This document shows, one piece after another, positions 7,630 to 14,372 of a stretch of DNA of 38,492 nt; position 1 is the stretch's first letter; each line of letters begins with the position of its first letter. This DNA comes from a virus, in the IMG/VR virus record IMGVR_UViG_3300030503_000212, positions 1-38,492 of that record. One strand, given 5' to 3'. Made by a program: the position numbers and the translations under genes. The notes under the pieces were generated by a model. The model was not told the DNA's origin and made no database searches. It worked only from the letters and a program-made list of their open reading frames with translations.

Positions 7630-7633
7630 CTAA

Positions 7634-7724
7634 TTTTGCAGTGTAAAACCTAATCCCAGGCGTGGGAACGGCGGCACTGGTGAGGAGATAATCCAACCCA
7701 GCTCGGTACGGCCACACTGCAAAA
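7634..7724 (+). ncRNA. structured RNA module M7
   Basis: Perfect 11-bp ttttgcagtgt/acactgcaaaa; internal tccca-ggcg-tggga, ctgg/ccag, gga-gataa-tcc. Confidence 0.6.
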
Positions 7725-7779
7725 TACAACCTGCAACACTATTTAGACCTCCAATGTATGTACCTCCGGAGGTTCTAAA

Positions 7780-7974
7780 ATGATAAGTCTATTGCTGTCA
7801 TTGGTAGTGTTTGCACTCATCTGTTGGCTGGTATGGTTTATTCTCACGAAGATTCCAGTACCAGCACCGTTTGTATGGGTTGTACAGGTGATATTCGCAA
7901 TTTTCGTAATCATCGGTTTGATTAGTTTGCTTGAGGGTGGTTGGCGTATTCCTCTTGCCGTGCCGATGCGATAA
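7780..7974 (+). CDS. small two-TM membrane protein (Thivi_2564-like)
   Basis: GGAGG RBS; two hydrophobic helices separated by KIPVPAP. Confidence 0.75.
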   Translation: MISLLLSLVVFALICWLVWFILTKIPVPAPFVWVVQVIFAIFVIIGLISLLEGGWRIPLAVPMR

Positions 7975-7978
7975 CAAG

Positions 7979-8059
7979 TTGCTACACCGTAGGCCGGGAG
8001 CCACCACAGAATCAACGGGGGATTGTATCGAGCCTGTAAAAGTGGGACGGTAGTAGCAA
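7979..8059 (+). ncRNA. structured RNA module M8 (possible pseudoknot)
   Basis: Closing ttgctac-accgt/acggt-a-gtagcaa; aggc/gcct crossed by ccac/gtgg with a taaaa linker. Confidence 0.55.
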
Positions 8060-8061
8060 AG

Positions 8062-8104
8062 AGTGGGGCTCGCTGGGCCGTTAGCGCTTGGGCAGAGCCC
8101 CACT
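8062..8104 (+). ncRNA. hairpin module M9
   Basis: Perfect 10-bp agtggggctc/gagccccact plus upper stem; no + strand U tract (followed by AAAAA, so could terminate on the - strand). Confidence 0.45.
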
Positions 8105-8113
8105 AAAAAGATT

Positions 8114-8252
8114 GATGTTTCCACCAAGAAATTACTGAGCCGCAGCGCTGATGTGAACAGGTTAGCTGCTCAAGGTCCCAAGTCACATTGGGGAACCGGG
8201 CCTCTGCAAGAGGTCTGAGCATAACGGACAGTAATTTCTTGGTGGGAACATC
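8114..8252 (+). ncRNA. structured RNA module M10
   Basis: 24-bp closing stem (one U-G); internal tgctca/tgagca junction, cccaa-gtcaca-ttggg, cctct-gca-agagg. Confidence 0.7.
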
Positions 8253-8295
8253 ATTGAATACGCACGATGTGAGTCAACAGTAAGTTGATTCGAGA

Positions 8296-8348
8296 GCTTG
8301 AATGGAGTTTGTATTCGGACAGGTGTTCGACTCACCTCACCTCCACCA
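8296..8348 (+). ncRNA. ssrA: permuted tmRNA, acceptor piece (5' boundary approximate, may extend to about 8255)
   Basis: GGAC-AGGTG-TTCGACT-CACCT-CACCTCC-ACCA is a tmRNA 3' end; gcttgaatggagttt pairs with ggattttgttcaagt of the coding piece. Confidence 0.9.
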
Positions 8349-8478
8349 ACCAGCACATACGCGAATGTTTCCCAGTAAAGATTACGTTGCGCCCACCTAG
8401 AGGCAGGTTGGTCTATAACAACGTGAACCCCTACTGGGGGATAAGGAATTAAGCCTCATTCGATGTGTGCTGGTATGT
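8349..8478 (+). ncRNA. tmRNA intervening segment, 130 nt, highly structured
   Basis: accagcacat..cgaatg / cattcg..gtgtgctggt closing; internal cccagta/tactggg and acgttg/caacgt. Confidence 0.75.
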
Positions 8479-8800
8479 GGGGGTGTCACGGTTTCGACGG
8501 GTCGGATTTTGTTCAAGTAATTGTGCCGGGACTGGTACTCACCGAAGTCTCACATTAGGAATGACGCTTAGGCACATGACCCTAGTGAGGGGAACGAAAC
8601 GAGAGCTAAATCAAAAAGTGCCAACACTGTTGACACGGGCCGTAAGACTGCGAAGGTACTGGCATTCCCAGCACCTGTTGTTGCAGCTCCTATGGTTGCT
8701 ATGGCCGCTTAACAGGCGTCCGTCCGGAGGTGAGCAATATCCGTCGAAAGACCATGCTTACAAGGTGCCCTGTACACAGAAATGTGTCTGGGGCATTTTT
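8479..8800 (+). ncRNA. ssrA: permuted tmRNA, coding piece; tag (A)ANTVDTGRKTAKVLAFPAPVVAAPMVAMAA* at 8620-8712
   Basis: GGGGGTGTCACGGTTTCGAC is a tmRNA 5' end; GGGGGTG/CACCTCC gives G3-U70 (Ala identity); resume context AAAAAGT-GCC-AAC; tag ends in AA; 3' end approximate. Confidence 0.9.
8765..8800 (+). terminator. intrinsic terminator ending the RNA cluster
   Basis: gtgccc..acac / gtgt..gggcat followed by T run. Confidence 0.7.
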
Positions 8801-8809
8801 GTTTCCCGC

Positions 8810-8815
8810 TACAAT
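8810..8815 (+). promoter_or_regulatory. -10 element (gcTACAAT)
   Basis: Recurrent motif, directly after a terminator. Confidence 0.55.
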
Positions 8816-8860
8816 GTCGGTAGGCAAGTCAATGCTCAAAATCAAGGGGAGACTGGTTCA

Positions 8861-9288
8861 ATGATTCAACCTACCATCGGACGTGTTGTATATTTTCATC
8901 CGGCTTTCGTACCCGACAGCGGTACGAACGAAGTTACTCATGCGGCCATCGTAACTTATGTCCATGGTGACACGTGCATCAATCTTGCTGTGTGTTCGAC
9001 AGCAACGGAGTACCGTATGCCCAGACATCGGTGTTCCTGTACCAGGGTGATGGACCAGCGCCGGGCGGTAAGTTTGCAGAATGGATGCCGTTCCAACTCG
9101 GACAGGCAGCACTCACAGCAAAGCTGCTGGAGTCAGCTGCTATCCCCGCTATCCAGACCGATCAGGCTGATAGCAAACTGACTACTGTCGTCGACGATTC
9201 GAATGACGACTCAGCCGCCCCGGAGACAGGTGTCGTTGATACAGAACCCGGCCCCGTTGATATCACTGCCGAGTCCGGACGCGGTTAG
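8861..9288 (+). pseudogene. phage protein split by a 2-nt frameshift in a TG run
   Basis: MIQPTIGRVVYFHP...CINLAV continues as FDSNGVPYAQTSVFLYQ...EWMPFQ if one GT is removed at 8989-8995 (428-2=426 nt). Confidence 0.75.
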
Positions 9289-9314
9289 ACGGTCGTTACT
9301 AGGGTTTGCTTAGG

Positions 9315-9357
9315 AGGGCTGAGGCGGGGTTGCAACCGTTTCAGCCCTTTGGTTTTT
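9315..9357 (+). terminator. intrinsic terminator
   Basis: agggctgaggcgg/ccgtttcagccct then ttggttttt. Confidence 0.75.
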
Positions 9358-9425
9358 GCATCGTGACTTACTGTTGAGCATCTGATAGAGATGAGTTTGA
9401 AAAGTAATGCAAGAGTGAGGAACTA

Positions 9426-9782
9426 ATGAGCTTTGAAAAAATTCCGACAAGAGTAATTCGACGTGTGCCTCTAGGCGATCTGCAAGGAAAAATTCAATCC
9501 GTCAGCGTTACCCATTCACAGATCATGCAGGAAACTGAAATTGATTTCCTATTCGAACGTGTCAGTTTTGGTAGGGCTGCATATAAGTGTCGAGCATGTC
9601 TCGATAACGATATACAGGCAGACTCTTGGCTGGTACAGAGTCCGACTTTTAGTTTGGTAGACAAAAACGGTGATCCAATCGAGGAGCTGCCCTATACCGT
9701 TCAGAGGTGGTTTGCTGCTCATACCAAAAGTCACTCAACAATGTTTCAGTGGGCGAAGGGAGTGATTGCACGTGGGAGATGA
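9426..9782 (+). CDS. hypothetical protein (CxxC...HxxxH)
   Basis: GAGG RBS, 118 aa. Confidence 0.75.
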   Translation: MSFEKIPTRVIRRVPLGDLQGKIQSVSVTHSQIMQETEIDFLFERVSFGRAAYKCRACLDNDIQADSWLVQSPTFSLVDKNGDPIEELPYTVQRWFAAHTKSHSTMFQWAKGVIARGR

Positions 9783-10068
9783 ATCGGAAGCACTAGAGGA
9801 TCAGATTGGCTGGGGCCAGGAGATCGACGAACAGTTCACCCATGCCCGTATACAGGCTCTGCTGACGGCCTACGATGCATCAGGACGCATTCCGGCGTTC
9901 TGCTATGCCAAATGCCCCGTGTGTGGCTGTACGTTCACCAAAAAGGTCAAGGCACAGCGATTCTGTGGTCGTAAGCGCCGGGGCCAAAGCACTTGCCGGG
10001 ACTACTACCATAACGCTACACATCCGGCACGTAGGGAACGTGCAATGCAGGTATTGCGTCGTCAATAG
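9766..10068 (+). CDS. Cys-rich zinc-finger-like protein (start may be GTG 9772)
   Basis: CPVC...RFC...C motif; overlaps upstream stop. Confidence 0.65.
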   Translation: MHVGDESEALEDQIGWGQEIDEQFTHARIQALLTAYDASGRIPAFCYAKCPVCGCTFTKKVKAQRFCGRKRRGQSTCRDYYHNATHPARRERAMQVLRRQ

Positions 10069-10083
10069 TAAGTTGAGCATCTG

Positions 10084-10311
10084 ATGTGTATGGCTTACAA
10101 AAAGCAATTCGTGATTGAAAAACGCAAGGCTGATGGGAGCCTTGATTTCTCTGTACCTCAACCTCCGTTTTTCATTGGATCTGAGGACGATATATGTCAA
10201 CACTATTTCAAGAATACGAGTGCTGAGATTCATGGTGGAGCTGCATCCATGGGGACCATCTATCTCTGGTACAAAGAACAAGGATTTGAGATCAGACCTA
10301 AAACGTGGTAA
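10084..10311 (+). CDS. hypothetical protein
   Basis: 75 aa ORF filling the gap in a + strand gene run. Confidence 0.5.
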   Translation: MCMAYKKQFVIEKRKADGSLDFSVPQPPFFIGSEDDICQHYFKNTSAEIHGGAASMGTIYLWYKEQGFEIRPKTW

Positions 10312-10334
10312 CTAACCAACAGAAAGATAAAAAC

Positions 10335-11162
10335 ATGCGAACAGTAAAGATTAGTAATGAGGCACTCGCCATCTTGTCAGGCTGCAAAGTAGAGCAGCTT
10401 AAGCTGTCAACGTCCTTAGTAAAAATCGTATCCGGACAACTGGAGCGAAAACTGTATACGGACGTTAACAAGGTGCTGGAGGAGATCGGCGGTAAATGGT
10501 CACGATCAGCCAAGGGCCATGTGTTTGAAACGTCTGTGGACGTAACGCGCGAGCGGCTGGATGGTGTGATCCTCTCAGGTGAGATCGCCCCTCTCAAAAA
10601 GAACGGCTGTTTCTGGACCCCTCCGGCACTTGCAGCGACTGTAGCCGCGTTGGCACGCCTGAGACAGGGTCAACGTATCTTGGAACCCAATGGCGGCTCA
10701 GGAGCGCTCGTGGATGCGATTCTGGACACGTTAGGCACGCCACACATCAGTACGACGATTCGGGTACTGGAGATCAACGAGAGTTTGGCTGTTCAATTGC
10801 GGGATAAGTACATCGTCGATCAACCGACTGTAATTGTCGATCAAACTGATTTTCTGACATGGACTTGCGAAGCTCCAGAGTACCTGTACGACCGGATTGT
10901 GATGAATCCGCCGTTTGAGAATCGGGCGGATGCAAAGCATGTGCTGCATGCATGGTCACTACTCAAGCCGGGCGGTTGGTTGGTCGCCATTATGAGTGCT
11001 GGAGCTGGATTTCGGCGCGAGGACGAGTACCAGCAGATCCGATTGTTGATTTCACGCTACGGTTCCATTGAAAAGCTGCCTGAGGGATCATTCAAGGAAT
11101 CTGGTACGGGTGTCAACACAGTTTTGGTGATATTGGACAAGCCGGAGGACTGGAAAGTCTAG
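10335..11162 (+). CDS. class I SAM-dependent methyltransferase, probably DNA adenine (N6) type
   Basis: Motif X FWTPPALA, motif I ILEPNGGSG, motif IV IVMNPPF, LKPGGWLVAIM. Confidence 0.85.
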   Translation: MRTVKISNEALAILSGCKVEQLKLSTSLVKIVSGQLERKLYTDVNKVLEEIGGKWSRSAKGHVFETSVDVTRERLDGVILSGEIAPLKKNGCFWTPPALAATVAALARLRQGQRILEPNGGSGALVDAILDTLGTPHISTTIRVLEINESLAVQLRDKYIVDQPTVIVDQTDFLTWTCEAPEYLYDRIVMNPPFENRADAKHVLHAWSLLKPGGWLVAIMSAGAGFRREDEYQQIRLLISRYGSIEKLPEGSFKESGTGVNTVLVILDKPEDWKV

Positions 11163-11176
11163 TTTCTGTCGATCGA

Positions 11177-11220
11177 CAACTTTATGTTGACAACTTTCTG
11201 TTGAATCCAACTTTCTGTTG
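11177..11220. repeat. three tandem CAAC-TTT(A/C)T-GTTG sites upstream of the ParB-like gene
   Basis: Copies at 11177-11189, 11191-11203, 11208-11220. Confidence 0.85.
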
Positions 11221-11258
11221 ACGCATCCTATAGATGTGAGCCGTGGAGGGCTCCAAAA

Positions 11259-12104
11259 ATGGCTAAGGAAACTGGTGAGATTGTTCGGTTAGAGGATTTC
11301 TTTGAGGGACGCCGGGCGTCGGGTAAGGTCCATGTTGACAATCTGATCGTGGTTCCTGGCCATAACCCTCGCGATTTCAGCCTGCGTAAGAATCTTGAGC
11401 ACGTTGAACGGCTGAAAGTGTCGATTCTTTCCATAGGCTTGTTGGAGCCGGTTTTGGTGCGGTTCGACGCCGGAACCAAGACAGCTTATATCGTTGACGG
11501 TGAGAGTCGTTACCGGGCGGTAAAAGCAGCGGTCGCCGAAGGACACAGCGGTTACATCGATGTCATCAGAACATCTGAAAAGATCGTATCTGAGGAGCTG
11601 GCAACGATTCAGGCGCTTGAGGCCAACACTGGCAAGCACATTACGCAGTGGGAGGTCGGATCACCTTATGCGAAGTTCCGCAAGTGGGGATGGAGCGATG
11701 ATCGTATCGCGACACAGTTCCAAAAGAGCGCCCGGTACGTCCGCGATGCAATCGAGCTGTCCGAGGCTCCCAGCGACATCAAGCAGGCTCTGGACAATGA
11801 GGAGATCACGGTTGCTGTGGCTCTCAAGAACCTCCGCAACAAGGGCAATCAGGCGTCGGCCTCAGTAGCGGCTGCTGTAGCCTCTGCCAAGGCTCAGGGT
11901 AAGACCAAGGTTGTTGCCCAGTACACGAAACGGGCTCAGGTTACTAAAGTGGACAATGAGTTTCTTGTGCGGCTGCACAAGGCCCTCAGCGGGTTCGATT
12001 TCACTGGTTCTACTGAGGTGCTGGAGCTGATCGAGGAGCTTGAAGTTCTGCTCCCAGGTCCGGGCAAGAACGGTCAGGCTGCTAAGGATCTGGATTCGTT
12101 CTAA
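11259..12104 (+). CDS. ParB/Spo0J-like protein
   Basis: GGAGG RBS; NPR, SILSIGLLEPVLV, IVDGESRYRA; HTH GWSDDRIATQFQKSARYV. Confidence 0.85.
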   Translation: MAKETGEIVRLEDFFEGRRASGKVHVDNLIVVPGHNPRDFSLRKNLEHVERLKVSILSIGLLEPVLVRFDAGTKTAYIVDGESRYRAVKAAVAEGHSGYIDVIRTSEKIVSEELATIQALEANTGKHITQWEVGSPYAKFRKWGWSDDRIATQFQKSARYVRDAIELSEAPSDIKQALDNEEITVAVALKNLRNKGNQASASVAAAVASAKAQGKTKVVAQYTKRAQVTKVDNEFLVRLHKALSGFDFTGSTEVLELIEELEVLLPGPGKNGQAAKDLDSF

Positions 12105-12112
12105 AGTCAAAG

Positions 12113-12142
12113 ACGGCTCACGTGGGGGATAGCGTGGGCCGT
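12113..12142 (+). terminator. hairpin after ParB-like gene (possible terminator)
   Basis: acggctcacg/cgtgggccgt; weak U tract. Confidence 0.45.
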
Positions 12143-12162
12143 AACTTACTGTTGAGGAGCAT

Positions 12163-12385
12163 TATGGAAACCATTAATCCATTGTTGGCATTGAAAGAGC
12201 TGGGCTATGACACACGTAAGCCGTGCCGTGGGCATGTGCTTGTGGAGGTGTTGCCCAACAAGTTCAAGACCTATGCATTTCGTCATAGGTCTGGGGACGG
12301 GCATGTTCAGTGTCGTTTGGGACGTTTAGTGAATTGCTACAAACAACCCATCAGCGGCTTGTTGATATTTGTCTTGGATGCATAA
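12163..12385 (+). CDS. hypothetical protein
   Basis: GAGGAG RBS before the METINP start (about 12164), within track ORF 12122-12385. Confidence 0.6.
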
Positions 12386-12406
12386 CTTATTACTGAGGGG
12401 TAGAAA

Positions 12407-12871
12407 ATGCGAACGGTCAGAATAAAACCTGAGGGTGAGCTGGGTTTCCTCAGGCTGGAGCCGAACACGCCACATGTGATACGTGTACTCGACAAACCGG
12501 TAGAGACGTACAGTAATTACGAGCCGAGCGTGGATAAACATTTCGAGTCACACTACATTCAGGTCATTGATCTAGCAGACAAGACGCCCAAAATGCTGCG
12601 TGTCAGCAACGTTCTGCGTAAGACCATCCAAAAAGCGATGGAGGCTATTGCCAAGCACAAGGAACAGTTTCGGTTTCCGCGATCTAAGAAAAAGCGTATT
12701 CGGAAAAAGTGGGCATCGCGGCCTGAGAATTGGCGTCCGGTCCAGAACTACGATATCGAGATTCTTAAGCGTGGTATCGGGCTTGGTACAAACTATTTGG
12801 TAGCGCCCTTGGCTATCCATAGGAATTATGAGACAGCAATCAGGAAAGGATATTGGCATGGCAGACACTAA
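12407..12871 (+). CDS. hypothetical protein with basic RSKKKRIRKKW segment
   Basis: GAGG RBS, 154 aa. Confidence 0.75.
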   Translation: MRTVRIKPEGELGFLRLEPNTPHVIRVLDKPVETYSNYEPSVDKHFESHYIQVIDLADKTPKMLRVSNVLRKTIQKAMEAIAKHKEQFRFPRSKKKRIRKKWASRPENWRPVQNYDIEILKRGIGLGTNYLVAPLAIHRNYETAIRKGYWHGRH

Positions 12872-13256
12872 GAAAGTTCTGGGTATTGGGTTGTGGGCGT
12901 TGTGTGTAGGACCTACAGGAAATCGAATTGTGCTGGAGTCAGGCGATGTCATTCCGCCCGGATACAGACTTTGTATTGATTCACCTACACCCGAGGAGCT
13001 GAAAGCTGAGCAAGATAGGCGAGCTGCGAAGGCACGTAAGATTAAAGCGATTGAGGATTTCCGGGCTCGTGAGAACAACATAGTGCCCGGCGTCGGACTT
13101 TGGGCAGTCTATAATTCGGGTGATTCACGGAGAATCTTATATTCAGGCGACAAGGTGCCAGCTGGGTTCCGGATTAGTTTTGTCTTGCCAACACAAGAGG
13201 AGATCGATGTAGCACGTGAGAGGCGTGCTGAGAAAGCACAGAGGTCGATAATCTAG
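12858..13256 (+). CDS. protein made of two ~55-aa repeats; frame continues past the TAG into an HTH-like segment
   Basis: GIGLWA..SGDVIPPGYR..PTPEE..RRAAKA repeated as GVGLWA..SGDKVPAGFR..PTQEE..RRAEKA. Confidence 0.7.
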   Translation: MADTKKVLGIGLWALCVGPTGNRIVLESGDVIPPGYRLCIDSPTPEELKAEQDRRAAKARKIKAIEDFRARENNIVPGVGLWAVYNSGDSRRILYSGDKVPAGFRISFVLPTQEEIDVARERRAEKAQRSII

Positions 13257-13307
13257 GTTGAATTTGAATCACGACTTGAGGTACAGGCGACGCAGTCGGT
13301 TGGAAAT

Positions 13308-13460
13308 ATGATTGAGAACTACCCGGAAATAGCTGTAATGGCATTAAAACCGGAACAGTGGACCTTGCTCAGGGCCACGATGAAAATACTGGTTGGCGAC
13401 GGTCCACATAAGGTTGTAGCCGAACGTCTTGGTCTGACAGAACCAACGCTGAGGGTTTGA
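13308..13460 (+). CDS. small HTH-like protein or C-terminal remnant of the preceding gene
   Basis: MIENYPE...HKVVAERLGLTEPTLRV; in frame with 12858-13256. Confidence 0.45.
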   Translation: MIENYPEIAVMALKPEQWTLLRATMKILVGDGPHKVVAERLGLTEPTLRV

Positions 13461-13507
13461 GTCCTCAACAGTAATTGCGACATCTAATTTACTGTTGAGG
13501 TGATTCG

Positions 13508-13867
13508 ATGAATGAATACATCAGATGCGATGAATGTTCTCTCAAGTTGAAACCGGGAGATCCAGTCTACGAGGTCACATGCCGGTATACGGAGGGTATA
13601 AAGCTCCCGTTGCCCAAGACTGAAAAGCTGTGCTTTTGCTGCGTGGACAAATGCCTGCTTTGTGGTGAGTCTCTGGACGACGCTACTGCGGTCGTACGCG
13701 GACCTGAGGTTGCTGTAAGGTTGGCGAACGGTATTACGTTCCATGGGCATGCACTATGCGCCGCTGACAATGTGTTGTCAGAATGGAGTGGCTCGATCAT
13801 AGACTCAGAACATGCCGACAAGGAATGGATTGCACGTATCTGTATGGAGGGATTTTTGAATGAGTAG
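13508..13867 (+). CDS. Cys-rich zinc-binding protein
   Basis: GAGGTG RBS; CxxC, CxCC, CxxC, HxxC. Confidence 0.75.
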   Translation: MNEYIRCDECSLKLKPGDPVYEVTCRYTEGIKLPLPKTEKLCFCCVDKCLLCGESLDDATAVVRGPEVAVRLANGITFHGHALCAADNVLSEWSGSIIDSEHADKEWIARICMEGFLNE

Positions 13868-14063
13868 CAAGCGTTGAACGCCGGTTGCTAAGAAAGAGCA
13901 CCCTGATAGAGATGGTCAGGTGTTAGTAACATTTGTATTGCCGGACGGAACCCGTCGTGTGTCAGATGCGACATGGGATAGGGATCACTGGCGAATTAAC
14001 GCAAGATGGCATGATGCTGAAATTGTAGCGTGGAAAGAGTTACCTCCGGTATACCAACAATAA
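13860..14063 (+). pseudogene. DUF551-like gene with in-frame TGA at codon 6
   Basis: GGAGG RBS; MSSKR*TPVAKKEHPDRDGQVLVTF...IVAWKELP aligns with KRWIEVEEQAHPEHGGQVLVTF...IVAWQEMP of 14373. Confidence 0.75.
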
Positions 14064-14098
14064 GTGGAGAAATCAACAATAAGTTTGTGGAGACTCAA

Positions 14099-14338
14099 AT
14101 GGCAATCAAAGTTAAGGATCTGATCGAAAAACTATCAAAGCTACCTCAGGATGCTGAGGTAGTGGCTCAGGTTAATAACAGTGGGTTCAATGGTATGCCG
14201 GGATCTGTGAATTGGTGTACAACCGCTGAGATGGCGGAAAACAGGGGCTACGGAGTTTGGACTAACGTATCACCTGGGCTACCCGGATGGTCTGATACAA
14301 AACCGAAAGATGTAAAAACTGTTGTAGTGTTGCGTTAG
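14099..14338 (+). CDS. hypothetical phage protein
   Basis: GGAG RBS; typical phage N-terminus MAIKVKDLIEKLSKLPQDAEV. Confidence 0.75.
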   Translation: MAIKVKDLIEKLSKLPQDAEVVAQVNNSGFNGMPGSVNWCTTAEMAENRGYGVWTNVSPGLPGWSDTKPKDVKTVVVLR

Positions 14339-14372
14339 TCATATGCAACAGTAATTTATGTGAGGTAATCAA

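Noticed and set aside
6620-8059. Twister or theta/HDV ribozymes in M1, M8 or next to tRNA 3' ends
   Set aside because: Partial resemblance only; I could not build the required UAA/GAG core or the nested double pseudoknot
6600-8260. CRISPR array
   Set aside because: No regularly spaced identical direct repeats; the repeats are module-specific inverted stems
8465-9181. 238-aa ORF in the track
   Set aside because: Its 5' half overlaps the tmRNA coding piece and terminator; only 8861-8990 is real coding (frameshifted gene)
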